A DNA stretch of 64,000 bases from contig CAXXSM010000141.1 in assembly GCA_963663405.2 (NCBI GenBank), positions 1-64,000 on the forward strand, read 5' to 3'. This stretch comes from a bacterium (GTDB taxonomy: Bacteria > Hinthialibacterota > Hinthialibacteria > Hinthialibacterales > Hinthialibacteraceae). The position numbers and the translations under genes were made by a program. Shown here piece after piece: positions 29,015 through 40,612 of this stretch. The notes under the pieces are model-generated. The model saw nothing but the letters and a program-made list of their open reading frames with translations, did not search any database and was not told the origin of the DNA. Within the stretch, counting starts at the first letter, position 1. Each line of letters opens with the position of its first letter.

Positions 29015-31803
29015 TGTATTGTTCTCCTCTCGTCAAACTCATTGGCTGTAGTTTTTTTCAGTAGGTTGCGCAGGATACCTAGACACGACTGGGTATCCGG
29101 TTCAATTACAGTTTCAAATCGATGAATGGCGTTGTTTCGGAGCGAGTGGAGATCGGCGTCGATACAATCCCCTGGCTCCTCCCCCAGCAAGGGGCGATAC
29201 GCGCCGCGTTGAAAATTCTCAAATTCTTTCGTAAGCTGGTTAAGAAGAGTCTGGGCTTTGCGGGCGCACTGACTTAACCTTTTTCCTTGATCCTGGGACG
29301 ATGGAGTCAGAATTCGCGTATAGTCTGTCAATAGTTTCTTGGTTTGTTGAACGATTTGTGTCCGGAACGCGTCAAATTCATCCATCGCTGTCTTGAGCCG
29401 CCTCAATTCCGCCGTCATCCTGGCCTCCGCCGCTTCGATGAACCAGGTCTCATCACAGAGATACGAATGGAGTGACTCGCTCGCAGGGGGGATTGGAAGA
29501 TCGAACTCCGCTTGGAGATTCGGCGTTACGATCCGGCGGGGGCCGAAGTAATTCTCGGTCATGAAGAACGCTTCGCCGGGCCGTAAACGGGCGATCTCTT
29601 CCAGTTCAAGTGGCCCAAACAACATAGCCCCGCCAAGGTCTTCCCGGTCGGCGGTGTCGACCTGGCGAAACGCTAGTTTAGATCCGGTGTTTTTGACGAC
29701 TTGCGGGGCGACCGTGGAGGGGAGTTGATCCACGATCACGATCGCCACGCCGTGGGCTCGTAATTCGGCCAGCATGTTACAAACAAATTCCGAAGCGAAC
29801 GCCGTGGGATCGGCGTTCGTTTCCGACGCGGCGGCCGGATTCGTCCGGCCCACGATATTATGCGCTTCTTCCAACACAATCACGATCCGGATCCCATCGT
29901 GGGTATAGGGGATGGAAGCGATGGTTTCCCGCAAGAGCATTAAGCTGAATAGGGTTACAAGGCACGCGTGATCCCGTGGCAGCGCCGCGAGTTCAATCAA
30001 CGAGAATCCATCCAACAGCTGTTTGATGGCCTCGTTGTCATTGGGACATTGAAAGATCCGGCCCATTGCGCGGCGGGTCAGCGCGCCCAGCCGGGTATCC
30101 AAGCCGCCTCTGATATTGGAATGGACTTCGGCGGAGTATCCCTTCGCAGTCAACACATTTTCAGCGGCGTAATGGAGATCCGCCATCCGGGGTGGATGAT
30201 CCGGATCCGGATACAATTCGTAAACCCGTTCCAGCGCTTCCTCTAACAGGGAAGGCAAAGGGGCGCTGAGAGGCATGGCCGCTTTGAAACAGGTGGAAAG
30301 GTTTTCGATGTGTTGATAGGTTGAGATCCCCGGGGGAATCTGGAGTGGATTCAGGCGCCAGGGAGAGATCCGTTCATTCCCCGGCGTATAAACGCGCAGT
30401 TCCTGCGCCAATTGACGCAGCTGGGCGTTGGGATGATTTTTAAGTCCCTTGAGCAGCCGGTATTCCGCTTTCCCCGGCTCGAACACAATGAAGGGGATCT
30501 TATGATTGCTGAGTTGAAGCAGCAAATTGATGATGGCGATGGTCTTCCCTGAACCGGGCATCCCCGCATAAAAGAGATGTTTGGCGAGGTTCTTGATGGA
30601 AATCCCCCGGTAAACAGGATTCTTCGGTTCGCTGGTTTGACTGTCGGCAGTCTGTTCGTCGATCCCCAGGATAATGTCAGGGCGTTCCGCCGGTGGATCG
30701 GTGTTCTTCCGGATCGTTTTGGGGGAGGCGTTCCCGGCGAGAGGCAGGCGGAAGACGCTGGTTAACTGATCCACTGGAGCGAGATGGCTGAGTTCCTCCA
30801 ATTCCCGGTACAGCTCCATCTGGGAATTATTCCCGCTTTCTCTGGTATCCAGGATAGGCGGAACAGGGGGATAATCCACACTATTAAATGTTTCTTCCCA
30901 ACACGATTCGCCTATGTCCGTAACCTGCAACCGGTAACTCCCCTCCTGGAAAGCGGATTCGGCGATCACCGAACCCAGTAGACGGGCCAACGCTTGGGAA
31001 CGCGCAAAAATCCGGATCTGGAACCGCAGGTGTGGCTGCGTCAGCGTTTCGTGAAACCGCTGCTGACGGCGGCGGCAGTCATCAGCGAGCGGTTCTTTCT
31101 TTTGGAGGGATTTTAAAGCTATCCGCCATTCGCCCGCGTGGCTGGAACCGATCGGATCGCCGAGTTCGTCCTCATCGTCCCACGTCCGGTTGACGCGCTG
31201 CAATAGAGAGAGATACCTGGTGTGAAGAGCCAGCTCGCGGGAACTATCCGCCGGTTCAAATCGCCGTTCAATCAGGACCGGTTCCTCTACCCGGTCGAGA
31301 AAATTGTCCAAGGGCATTTCGTCATTGGTTGGATTGGGTTGAAACGATTGGATCATAAGATAGGCGGGCAGGGCTTTGGGATTGAATTCCGGCGTGACGG
31401 TCGGTTCAAGGAGGGTTTGCCGGCGTGTGATTGTACAAACCGCCTGATACGCGTCCCATGGGATTTGCATGGGGTCTACCTTGCGCAGGGGATAAAACCG
31501 GCGCAAAGGCCCTTGATCGAGCAACAACGAGAGCGCGGCCGAATAGTCCTCGTCATACGCCTGACCGGTGAGGTAGATTTTCAGCCGTTGTTGAGGCGTC
31601 TGACCGTTATGGGAGGGATTGAAAAGATAGCGCGTCGACAGGGAGACCGAAGCCGGTGGAAATTCCGCCAGCGCCCGGAGGAGATGTTCGCAATCCGTCT
31701 GCATGGCGGACCGGACATCCCCACCCGCCTGTAAAGAAAAAGGCGGGTAGGAGCGGTCGGGAATCTCAGCCAGGCGATAGGTGAATTGGGCGGATTCCAT
31801 CAT
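29011..31803 (-). CDS. HerA/FtsK-superfamily ATPase with long N-terminal extension
   Basis: GMPGSGKT, VLEEAH, DQLPS, KNTGSK, PGEA; ATG at 31803 overlaps the ThiF stop. Confidence 0.88.
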   Translation of the reverse strand: MMESAQFTYRLAEIPDRSYPPFSLQAGGDVRSAMQTDCEHLLRALAEFPPASVSLSTRYLFNPSHNGQTPQQRLKIYLTGQAYDEDYSAALSLLLDQGPLRRFYPLRKVDPMQIPWDAYQAVCTITRRQTLLEPTVTPEFNPKALPAYLMIQSFQPNPTNDEMPLDNFLDRVEEPVLIERRFEPADSSRELALHTRYLSLLQRVNRTWDDEDELGDPIGSSHAGEWRIALKSLQKKEPLADDCRRRQQRFHETLTQPHLRFQIRIFARSQALARLLGSVIAESAFQEGSYRLQVTDIGESCWEETFNSVDYPPVPPILDTRESGNNSQMELYRELEELSHLAPVDQLTSVFRLPLAGNASPKTIRKNTDPPAERPDIILGIDEQTADSQTSEPKNPVYRGISIKNLAKHLFYAGMPGSGKTIAIINLLLQLSNHKIPFIVFEPGKAEYRLLKGLKNHPNAQLRQLAQELRVYTPGNERISPWRLNPLQIPPGISTYQHIENLSTCFKAAMPLSAPLPSLLEEALERVYELYPDPDHPPRMADLHYAAENVLTAKGYSAEVHSNIRGGLDTRLGALTRRAMGRIFQCPNDNEAIKQLLDGFSLIELAALPRDHACLVTLFSLMLLRETIASIPYTHDGIRIVIVLEEAHNIVGRTNPAAASETNADPTAFASEFVCNMLAELRAHGVAIVIVDQLPSTVAPQVVKNTGSKLAFRQVDTADREDLGGAMLFGPLELEEIARLRPGEAFFMTENYFGPRRIVTPNLQAEFDLPIPPASESLHSYLCDETWFIEAAEARMTAELRRLKTAMDEFDAFRTQIVQQTKKLLTDYTRILTPSSQDQGKRLSQCARKAQTLLNQLTKEFENFQRGAYRPLLGEEPGDCIDADLHSLRNNAIHRFETVIEPDTQSCLGILRNLLKKTTANEFDERRTIQ

Positions 31804-33292
31804 TCCGCTTCCCTTTCTCCAAACGCCGCGGTGTCTTCCGGGTGGAGGACGAGTTCTTCTTTGCCGGCGATGTATTGCTCGAAATCGCCGCAACAGGGAC
31901 AGGAGGGATTGCGGGGGAGATCCACGCCATACCAGCGCAGGATGCTCATGCCATTGACGCCGCATTGCAGCGGTTTTAGTTGTTCGTAACTCGTGTCTTC
32001 TTCCCGCCGGTTGAGCCAAAGAAACCAGGACGCGGTCAGATCCTCGTCCAAAGAGCGCAGGGAGGTGGGGCGCCCCTGCAAAAGATTTTGCACGGTCAGT
32101 TTCTCGACCATTTGACTGATGGGAGCGATATCGATCGAGAGACCGGGTTCAATAGCGGCCGGCCGGTCGGTGTACGCCAAACCTTCCGCGTCCCGGGAAC
32201 TGGAGATTTCCCGGTCGCAGACCGTGTCAGGCAAGGCCTGCGTGAAACATTGGTAACAGGGCGTTTCACCGGGCCGGACATAGAGAACTTGGCCTCCATA
32301 CGCCCGCCGGAAGACTCCCGCCAGGATCAACGGGGTTTTGAGTTCCACACACGCCCGGTTAATCCGCATTCGGGAATCATGGTCGTCCACGGCGCCAATC
32401 ACCAAATCGCTTTTCTCGACGATTTCCCACAGGAGATCCTGCGTTGAAGCGTCCATCATCACTTCCCAGGTTTCGAGAGAGGCGTACGGATTGATATCCA
32501 GGATTCTCTCTTTCATGATTTTGGTTTTATAGCGCCCCACATCGGACAGCCCGCCGATATGACGGACCACGTTGTGGATTTCCAGGCGGTCTCCATCCAC
32601 GAGAATTTGCCGCAATCCCAATTTGCCCAATTCCCAGGCGATTGGCGCGCCTCCCGATCCCAGGCCCAATACCGCCACACACCGATCCGCGAGAACACTG
32701 GTTTCAAGGATACCTCGCGTCCGGGAGTAGAGATCGTCCTTGATCGGCGCGAATTGCACCGCCGCCTCGATCCAGCCTTCACGCTGTAACACATACCCCC
32801 GTGGGCGCTCGTTCCCATTGGGATTGGATCGATCGGGAGCGGCCGGATCCGTAAAAGAACGCCGGTTCAGGATGACGCGCACTCGATCGTGGGGCCGTCC
32901 GCATTCGTCGACCGGCGTGTTCGTGTCTGACGCGGTCAGGCAGACGCTGCCTTGCACGGCCGTTCCCGCCTGCTCCGCGTGAATGTCGGAGTACGCGTCT
33001 CCCTCATCGAGACAACGGAACGCGTGTGGAAAGCAGCCGGCTCCGGTATGCCCGGCCACATTTCAGCGGACAGGATGATGATCGGCGCGGGATTCGATTC
33101 CGTAAAATGTATCATGTCGGACGGTTCAATGATCAGTTTTTGATCCAGTTGTTTCGGGTCTTTCGAAGCCGTTGGATCGATCGCTTCGATCATCTTGGTC
33201 TCCGGATTCCAGACCAGTTTGGCGCCGGTCTGATCTCCCCGGACATGGTTTTCCATAATCTGACGCACTCGTTCTTCTTCCGTCATTGACAT
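31800..33292 (-). CDS. ThiF/E1-like adenylating enzyme with N-terminal extension (frameshift near 33020)
   Basis: YSR, VLGLGSGG, VDGDRLEIHNVVRH, DVGRYK, PCYQC and CPCC. ORF 32936-33292 (AAGGAG RBS) appears to be its N-terminus. Confidence 0.85.
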
Positions 33293-33360
33293 GATGTTCT
33301 CCTTTGCATGGGTAAAGATCCATCGTAAACAATGGTCTTGGATTCACACTTGTTTCGTTG

Positions 33361-33810
33361 TCACGATTCCGGCTTGCCGAGATACCGCGCGACCGGTTCG
33401 CCTGTCTGAAGATGCTGTTCGTAGGCCACAAGCCATAACCGGGCCATGAGAATCGCTTTGACGCAGGTGATCGACGCATCCCAATGGGATAGATAACAAA
33501 TTTGGACGACGCCGTTGGGCCCGTTCTCCAACGTGTGGAAATCGTGGGATGTGGAGAGCGAATTGACAGTCGCTTGGCCGCCAAAAAGCCGAAGAATCTC
33601 GGGTCGGATGATATACACCTTCGGTTTGCTGAAGGGAAAATCCAGTGGGAGAGGGATCATGACGGTGTAGTCCTGCGTTACCTGGGGCCCGTTGACGATC
33701 CCGGCGATATACGTGTTTTGGGTCCGGTCGTAAAACTTGAAATCGGGCATGTATTTTTGCAGTAATTTTTCTTCGATCGCCAACCGCGTTCTCTGTTGTT
33801 GTGTCCACAT
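33361..33810 (-). CDS. Ubiquitin-conjugating E2-fold protein
   Basis: RLAIEEKLL, Y.VMIPLPLDFPFSKPKVY, H...GVVQICY...W (catalytic Cys context), LW in the C-terminal helix; AAGGAG RBS. Confidence 0.8.
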   Translation of the reverse strand: MWTQQQRTRLAIEEKLLQKYMPDFKFYDRTQNTYIAGIVNGPQVTQDYTVMIPLPLDFPFSKPKVYIIRPEILRLFGGQATVNSLSTSHDFHTLENGPNGVVQICYLSHWDASITCVKAILMARLWLVAYEQHLQTGEPVARYLGKPES

Positions 33811-33868
33811 CGTTTAGGTTCTCCTTTACAAAGTTCATTTGGTGTACCTTCCCAAATGGGAATTGGAT

Positions 33869-34706
33869 TTAGGATTGCACGGCGCTCCACGGCCGCCAGA
33901 ACCTCGTTATTAGCGGCCGCAGTTTCGACCAGGTATCCACGTTGTGTTGGCGCGCCGCTTGGGCGTGAAGCCGTTCATAGAGTGTCCCTAGCCGGATCGA
34001 ACGGCCGTTCGCGCCATACGCGGAGGTGAGATCCCGCGTTTCATCGGTCGTGTTATCTTTGATAAGGATCTTGAGAATGGAGGCGGGATCGTTTTCCTTC
34101 AAACCAATCACCGCGATGTAAGAGGCTGTAATGGGGATGGTCAGGATCAGAAGGCCAAGACGCGCGCCCAATCTCAATCGCCTGTTGCGCCGATTCGGGA
34201 AGATCGCGAATTTGATTTGCCAGGATGTCATTCTCCACGCTTCGGTGATGAAATCGCTCTGTTGTGTCCGCGATCGATTCGCAGCGAATCCGTTCCATGG
34301 GCGCTTGCGGAACGTTGAGGAGCCAGGATGGCATAGCTGGAGAGAGTTCCTGGAGGCCAGCGCCGACCGCAACGGGCTCATTCCAGGTAAGACCCGGAGA
34401 GGCGTCCGTAAAGCCCGTCCCTGTTGTGGCTCGGGATACAGGAACGCGTTTATGGATACGGCGCTGGGTAGCCGAGCGTACAGCTGGTGGGAAAGAACCG
34501 GTTGTGGGCGCGGTTCCGTTCAAAACTGACGATAATATCGAGCCAGCGATCGATGTTGGGATTCCGGCGGGTAAGCGTCATAACCTGATTCAAATCGCCC
34601 CGGCTGGGCTCATTGGCGCCGGGATGGGGATGCGAATGCCAATCGCCAATCCACTCGATTCCAAATTCCGCATGGAAGAACTGGTTGGCGCGCAGGAAGA
34701 ACGCAG
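33869..34706 (-). pseudogene. JAB/MPN+ (Mov34) metalloprotease gene, 5'-truncated and frameshifted; absent from the ORF track
   Basis: My translation of 34704 to 34450 gives AFFLRANQFFHAEFGIEWIGDWHSHPHPGANEPSRGDLNQ (HxH..PS..D motif, HSH at 34638-34630). It continues by frameshift into INAFLYP...VLPGMSPLR. Confidence 0.8.
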
Positions 34707-35423
34707 ATTGAATTGTATTTCAGCGATCTGTTAAGCCAACTCGAGTTCCGGCGCGGATCGGAAAAAGAAACCTGGATCCGCGTCGATTTGGGATCCGGCG
34801 AACGCGAATACAAGATCCCCTTAGGCCGGAACGTCCTGTTCGTAGGCACGATGAACGAGGATGAGACCACTCATACGTTATCGGACAAAGTCATCGACCG
34901 GACCAATCTGATCGCCTTTCCACGGCCTCGTGTCCTTCAAAGCCGGGATACATTGACTCTCGCGGATGAACAAGGATTTTTGCCGTATTCGACCTGGAAA
35001 GGTTGGCTGGAGACGCCGGCGGTGTTGGATTCGGCGATCCGTGTCGAATACCGGCGGGCCATGGAAGAGATCAATGGGCGCCTGGCGCACACGGGGCGCG
35101 CGCTGGGCCACCGTGTCTGGCAGGCGGTGGAGAGTTATATGGCGAACCATCCCTATACGCGTCAAGCCGCTCAAGAGAACGATCCGACTCAGCTGAAGAA
35201 CGCCTGCCGGCTGGCGTTTGAAGATCAGCTCGTTCAAAAGATCATGCCGAAATTACGCGGATTGGAACTGGACCGTACCAATCGAAACGCCTGCCTGGAT
35301 CCCATCGCCGAGATCATCCACGAACACGCGAACGGTTTAACCGAGGATTTTCGCCAGGCGCTCGAATCCGGCCATGGAACCTTTGAATGGCGCGGCGCCA
35401 CGTACCTGGAGCGGGACGTATGA
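34707..35423 (+). pseudogene. C-terminal part of an McrB-like AAA+ GTPase (5'-truncated)
   Basis: IELYFSDLLS, NVLFVGTMNEDETTHTLSDKVIDR, QKIMPKLRG; Walker A/B absent upstream. Confidence 0.8.
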
Positions 35424-36800
35424 ACCAATCCACCACGCAGTCCATTCCGGTATGGAAGCGAACGATGCCCGGCTGTGAGGAACTCATCGCAATCGGCCAC
35501 GGCGCCGGAGCCGGCTGAGGAATACGTCTATTGGGCGTCCCTGCGGGTGTGTTCCCACATCTTCGCGTCCATCGCCAACTATGACGCCAACACGGGCCAC
35601 GGCGTTCCACAATCACTCCAGCAAGCGCTGCTCGTCCCTGGCCAATGAGATTAAAGATGAAACTCCATTGGTGATGGAGGACAACCTTCTCCGGGCGATC
35701 GACCTGTGTCATGAGCCGCTGAGAGACGATTCTCGCCAAACCCCGGAGTCAATTACGCCGCATGCACGCGCTGCGGCCGGTCTCACGGGTGCGGGAGATG
35801 GATACCCGGTGTATGATCTGGCTGGCGCGGCGCCCGGGCCGGACAGCTCGAGAGAAAACCGTGATGAACCGCCGTATTCTGGGCGTCCAACGGGAGCGAT
35901 CCTCGAACACGCTCGAAAATCAAGTCGCCCGCCGGGTTCTGCACGAGTTGCGCCCCCTGATCAGTCAGCGGCTTGCTTTTACTGACGTCAGTGAGAATCC
36001 TGTACAGAACGATCCAAGACTGAGCCAATTGCGATCCGCGTTCACGTTGTGCGGCGAACGGCTCCGGCGTTCCCCGTGGAACGAGATTGACTCCAGCGCC
36101 ATCCCGAAATCCAATAACGTCTTATTAAAAGATCCCTGCTACAAACGAGTCTGGAAAGTTTGGGAATGGCTGCGTCAGTATAACGAAGAAAACCAGCAGG
36201 CGTGGAAGACCGGCCCGCAACGCCTGACGTTGGCTGTGTTCTGGGTTCTTACGGCGCGGTTATACGATCGCGTCCCAACCGTGTTGTATGATTCGTTCTA
36301 TCAAATCGGGACAGGATTTGCGGGAGACTTTTTTGGCGCGCGGCGTGTGACCGGCGAGTCCAACGGTCAACCAGGCGGGGAGTCCCCATCAGTCCGTGTG
36401 TTGTGCGATCTGACGGAGCGGGGCAATCGCGCGTTTGAGATCAACATGCGTGTTAAAGATGGCCGGATCCTTGCGCGGGTATGGGTGTTGTCCCGATCCT
36501 CCTTTTCGATCAATCAACCGTCTCATTTGTACGAAATCGATTTGTCATTCCATTGGGATGAATCGAGAAGAGAAACACATGCGGCCCCATTGGCCGCTAC
36601 GTTGTATAAAAAATTCGAAACCGTTATGGAGCCGGGCGTTTCCCATCGATCTTAACGGGCTGCGGGAATTGGCGGATTCGATCCTGGATTATCTGTTTGG
36701 GCGGAAACTCGATCCCATTCCAGCTCCAGGCCAATCCGAACGCCCGTCGATCGTTCGAGTGACCTGGGCCTCGATCTCAGCGGTTCGATCCCCCGGTTAA
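35420..36800 (+). pseudogene. DUF2357/McrC-partner-like protein, fragmented by frameshifts
   Basis: VREMDTRCMIWLARRPG, NTLENQV, NNVLLKDPCYKRVWKVW; follows McrB with an ATGA overlap. Confidence 0.6.
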
Positions 36801-39419
36801 CGACGGAGCATGGTAATCCTGCCGTCCCCCCGTCTTTTATACGCCGCCTATTTTCCCTTATCGGCGAACGGCGGCGATTGGCTGCTGGGAAAGACTACTC
36901 GAATTCTGGATCCTTGGGAGAACTCATTCAAGACCGTCTCGTTTCAGCAGGCGTTCGATGAGTCCAGTGGACATCCGACGGAGCTGCGATTTCCACCGCG
37001 ATCCAGAGGATGTACAGCGGCCTGCTCGCCGGACAGAATGTGGCCGCGAACGTTCAAACGGCGTTGGCTATTCCCGACACATTGGATGAAATGGCGCAGC
37101 GATTCCTGCGCGCCGCATTGACCGCCCGGCAGGGCAAATCGTGGTTTGTGTGGCGCAGCGTCGCGGGCGCGCTGGGATGGCAAAAATCCGGCGTCGTTTG
37201 AAACGAGCGGTGTCCGCGAAGGAGACGTCGTCGTTGCGCTGGACGTGGAAGCGCCCGCGCTGACGCCCACCCGGCTTGTGGCGCGATACAGTCAAGACTT
37301 GAAAGGCACGCCGGCTTGCGGAATTTATTGGGAACGCAAGCCCCCCTTTGCAGCCGTGGGTCAAGACCTCCATCTCACCTATGAAGGCTTTTTAGCCGAT
37401 TTCTGCCGCCTGTCTCTCCAATTCGCGTACACGAACGTGAACGCCAGTCATGAAATCGAGATCCCCTCCCGCAACCAGCGGAATAGAATTATCGGTCATC
37501 TGATCGCTAGCGGGCAAGCCGAAGGGCTTGTGGAACGGGATCAGCCCCTCTGGCTGCCGCTGCGGGATGAAACTCACCCCCAGCGCGCGTGGTTCTGTTG
37601 CACGCCGCATCCGAAGGCCAAAGCGCGGACCGAGCAATGGTGGGGGGAGCGATTTGAACGATGGCTGCGCCGGTGGCGCCGGTCCAAGGGATTCTCGCAA
37701 ACCGTCGAAACTCCCAAGGGTAAACGGCTCCATTTTCTGTTCCTCGGCCGGCCGTTTCACCGGAAGGGGATTCAGGCGCAAGCGCGGCGGTTACTTGAAA
37801 CGTTCTTTCCCCAAGCGGCGTGTCACGTTCCCGAACCGGCCGCGTCGATCGTCTCGATGGGAGCGTACGCCTTTTTGGAACGGAACAAACAAGGGCTGGA
37901 GACGTGGGTGGATTGGATCCCGGACTTGTATCTCCAAATTCTACGGAACTCGCATCTCGATTTTATCAACATCTTTAAAGACCGCGCCGCGCGGCCGGGG
38001 GAATCGATTCACCGCACTGTCCCAGAGAGGTTTCAATTATCAGCAGGTGAACCCCGCTATCGTTTTCCCCTCACCCGCGAACCCAACAGCGCCTCCTCCC
38101 TATCCTGTAACGCGACACTTGAATCCCCCGCGTTTCCTCTCGATAAACCAGTGTTCGTGAAACTGGAAGTGGCGTATCGATACGGGGAAGATTGTTACCA
38201 TCTTCTCGTCCGGCCCGATCAGCCGGAATCCGCTCCATTCAAGCAGATCGAATTTACCTGGGCAAGAAATCGCAACGATCGATCCATCCCGCTGAAAGAA
38301 TGTGAGAATCTCGCGCCGGAATTCCCACCGATCCTGCCGTGGAACGCCAAGGAATTAGAACGATACATTGAATGGTTTATCAATGCCGCCGCCAAACTCG
38401 AACAAGAATGCCGGACTCTCTTTACGCCGGATGTTCATCGAATTCTCACCTTTGATTTCCTTCAAAAACGATTGAAGCGATTAGAAGAATTAATAATTAA
38501 AGTTCAAACTCCCTGTAAATCGTTGTGGGCGCGAGGCCGGGAGAAGACGGACGCGCCGGACCGCGTGCGAGCGGCTTTGGAAAACCAGGTTTTGTATTGG
38601 CTGGGTTGTTTGGGGGGACTCTCCCTCGATCCACTCATGCCTTTCTATGAACGGTATTCCGATCCGATTATTAACTCCTCCATGACGCAAATCAGGGAGG
38701 CGGCGTTAACCGCGTTGAGTTTCCTTCGATGTGAAGCGCCTCAAGAACTCGTCGTTCCAATACAGGAGAAAGGGAAGAATCCAAAAGAGTTGAAAAACGC
38801 TTTCCCGTTGTTAGCCCGCACAATTGGATCGGGGGAAGGCGATCGAAAGGATTTTCTCGCGTTTCTCATGGACGATCTCCGGCGCCGTGTGGAACACAAC
38901 AAACACGCCGGCCAGAAGAACCAACCTCGTCAACCGATGGCTCATCCATTATGGGCGATGGCGACGGCGTTGTGGAGCCATCCTGAATTCTGTTTTACGC
39001 TCCAGAATCATTCACACGTTCCCTTTATCTTCCAGCGGACGGCCCAGGTTTTGAATTATCTATCAAACGTCTTTGAAAAATCGGAACACAAGAAAATGGA
39101 CGAGAAAAAAATCAACGGGATGTTGTACCAGTTCCGCAGCGCCAATGAAATCCTTCTGGGACTCTTACGGCTGCGCGGCCGGGAAGGCGGGGACTTTTTT
39201 CGCGCGGGCACGCCGCGGATGGTTCAGTTGGCCGATCAAATCACGATTCTAGACGCTTGTTTTTGGCGATACGGCAAACGCTGTACCTCAAAATTGCAAT
39301 TTGAACTGCCCGATTCGTTCAAACAAGAGGGGCAATCTGAACTCACTTCTGTTTTGGTTTCTCTTCTCCGAGGAAGTGAAGGCGCTTCATTCATCAAGAT
39401 TGTGGACATTGATGAGTGA
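36760..39419 (+). CDS. Degenerate Hsp70/actin-fold protein with helical C-terminus, frameshifted; possibly fused to the DUF2357-like part
   Basis: DLGLDLSG (~36761), ALAIPDTLDEMAQ..L..A, WRSVAGALGW, FLFLG and VSMGA correspond in order to Hsp70-like motifs. Confidence 0.5.
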
Positions 39420-39445
39420 GTGACGATATCAATTGAATCGCAGTA

Positions 39446-40612
39446 TTGAAAACAAGGAATCACCGCCATATGAAGATGGAATGGGAGACACTAACGTCAC
39501 TGGACAGGGTTCAACGGGTATACCGGCGCCATTCGATTGTGGATTTGATCCGTTCGATCGCCCTGGAATCCGACGAGCGCGCTCTCAGTGAGTTGCACAA
39601 TCACCGGCGCGTGTTTCATTATCAGGATAACAGGCCGCTGCGTCTCGTTGAATTCATCGGCGTTCTGCGCCAGCGCGCTCCCCTCGAATACTCGAACGCC
39701 GTGGATCAAGCGTACGATCTAACGGTGGATAAATTCAGCCATCTGCCCTCTCTGGATCCCGCAACCGGGCGCCGGTCTGACGGTCGAAGCGGTCCGGATT
39801 GCCGGTATTATTTTAACGCGTTCCTGGATTACGTTGCCAAAGTGAGACATAAGAACGGTCCGGTAAACCCCATCCAGGAAGAACGGTTATCGGAATCGGT
39901 CTTGCAGGGATTGGTATGCAGGCATTTTCAACTCTCCCTCTTGGAATCCAGCCGGAATGCGCAGCGGCATATTACGAAATACGAATGGCGAGTGAATGGG
40001 GACATCCTCCGGTTATGGTTTCCCGCGCGACTGCGAGGGAAAGACCGGCGGACCTGGCTGGAGAATCATGTTGATTCGCCCGATCCTTCCAAGCCCTCTG
40101 AACGCGCCCGCATACAAGCCATCATCAACCAGTGGTTCAATATCCTTCCTATGCCTTCTGAGCCTCTTTCTGAATTCCTCCTTCTTCCGGATGAACGGCC
40201 CGCGCTTTTAGCAGCGGCTCAGGAAATTCCGGTCAGGGGATTCGCGAAAGCGGTCGCGCGGGAGAAAGCGCTGCATATTGAGAAACAGCGCCCTTCCATC
40301 CAAGCCTTGGGCCCGGACGACCTGGAACAACTGGTGTTGCGCATCTTTAACGATCTGAACAGGAATGAGTTTAACGCGTCCAAAATCGCCCGGGAATTTA
40401 ATTTGAATGAATCCACCCTGAATCGATTCGCCAAAATGAAATGGGATGAATCCACGCCCGAAGCTGGGATTCCCGATCTCTGGCTCAATGCCGCTCAGAC
40501 TCTCTGCGCCCATCCACTGTTCATCGAAGCGGCGCAGGAGGCGGGCGTCTGGGATACCGTGAACCAAATCCAGCAGTGGATCCCTCCCCGGAGAGATTAT
40601 CATGGCCAATGA
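39446..40612 (+). CDS. Sigma-factor-like / HTH regulator
   Basis: N-terminal DLIRSIALESDERALSELH (ECF region 1.2-like) and C-terminal ASKIAREFNLNESTLNRF HTH. Confidence 0.55.
   Translation: MKTRNHRHMKMEWETLTSLDRVQRVYRRHSIVDLIRSIALESDERALSELHNHRRVFHYQDNRPLRLVEFIGVLRQRAPLEYSNAVDQAYDLTVDKFSHLPSLDPATGRRSDGRSGPDCRYYFNAFLDYVAKVRHKNGPVNPIQEERLSESVLQGLVCRHFQLSLLESSRNAQRHITKYEWRVNGDILRLWFPARLRGKDRRTWLENHVDSPDPSKPSERARIQAIINQWFNILPMPSEPLSEFLLLPDERPALLAAAQEIPVRGFAKAVAREKALHIEKQRPSIQALGPDDLEQLVLRIFNDLNRNEFNASKIAREFNLNESTLNRFAKMKWDESTPEAGIPDLWLNAAQTLCAHPLFIEAAQEAGVWDTVNQIQQWIPPRRDYHGQ

Noticed and set aside
31804-32019. N-terminal extension of the 1002-aa ATPase ORF
   Set aside because: Overlaps the ThiF C-terminus; the coupled ATG at 31803 is the more plausible start.
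31800-33810. CBASS/Pycsar, or thiamine/molybdopterin ThiF/MoeB
   Set aside because: No CD-NTase, cyclase, ThiS/MoaD or biosynthetic genes seen; E2 and JAB neighbours point elsewhere.
34264-34734. 156-aa plus-strand ORF as the McrB N-terminus
   Set aside because: No Walker motifs; it is the antisense of the JAB coding region.
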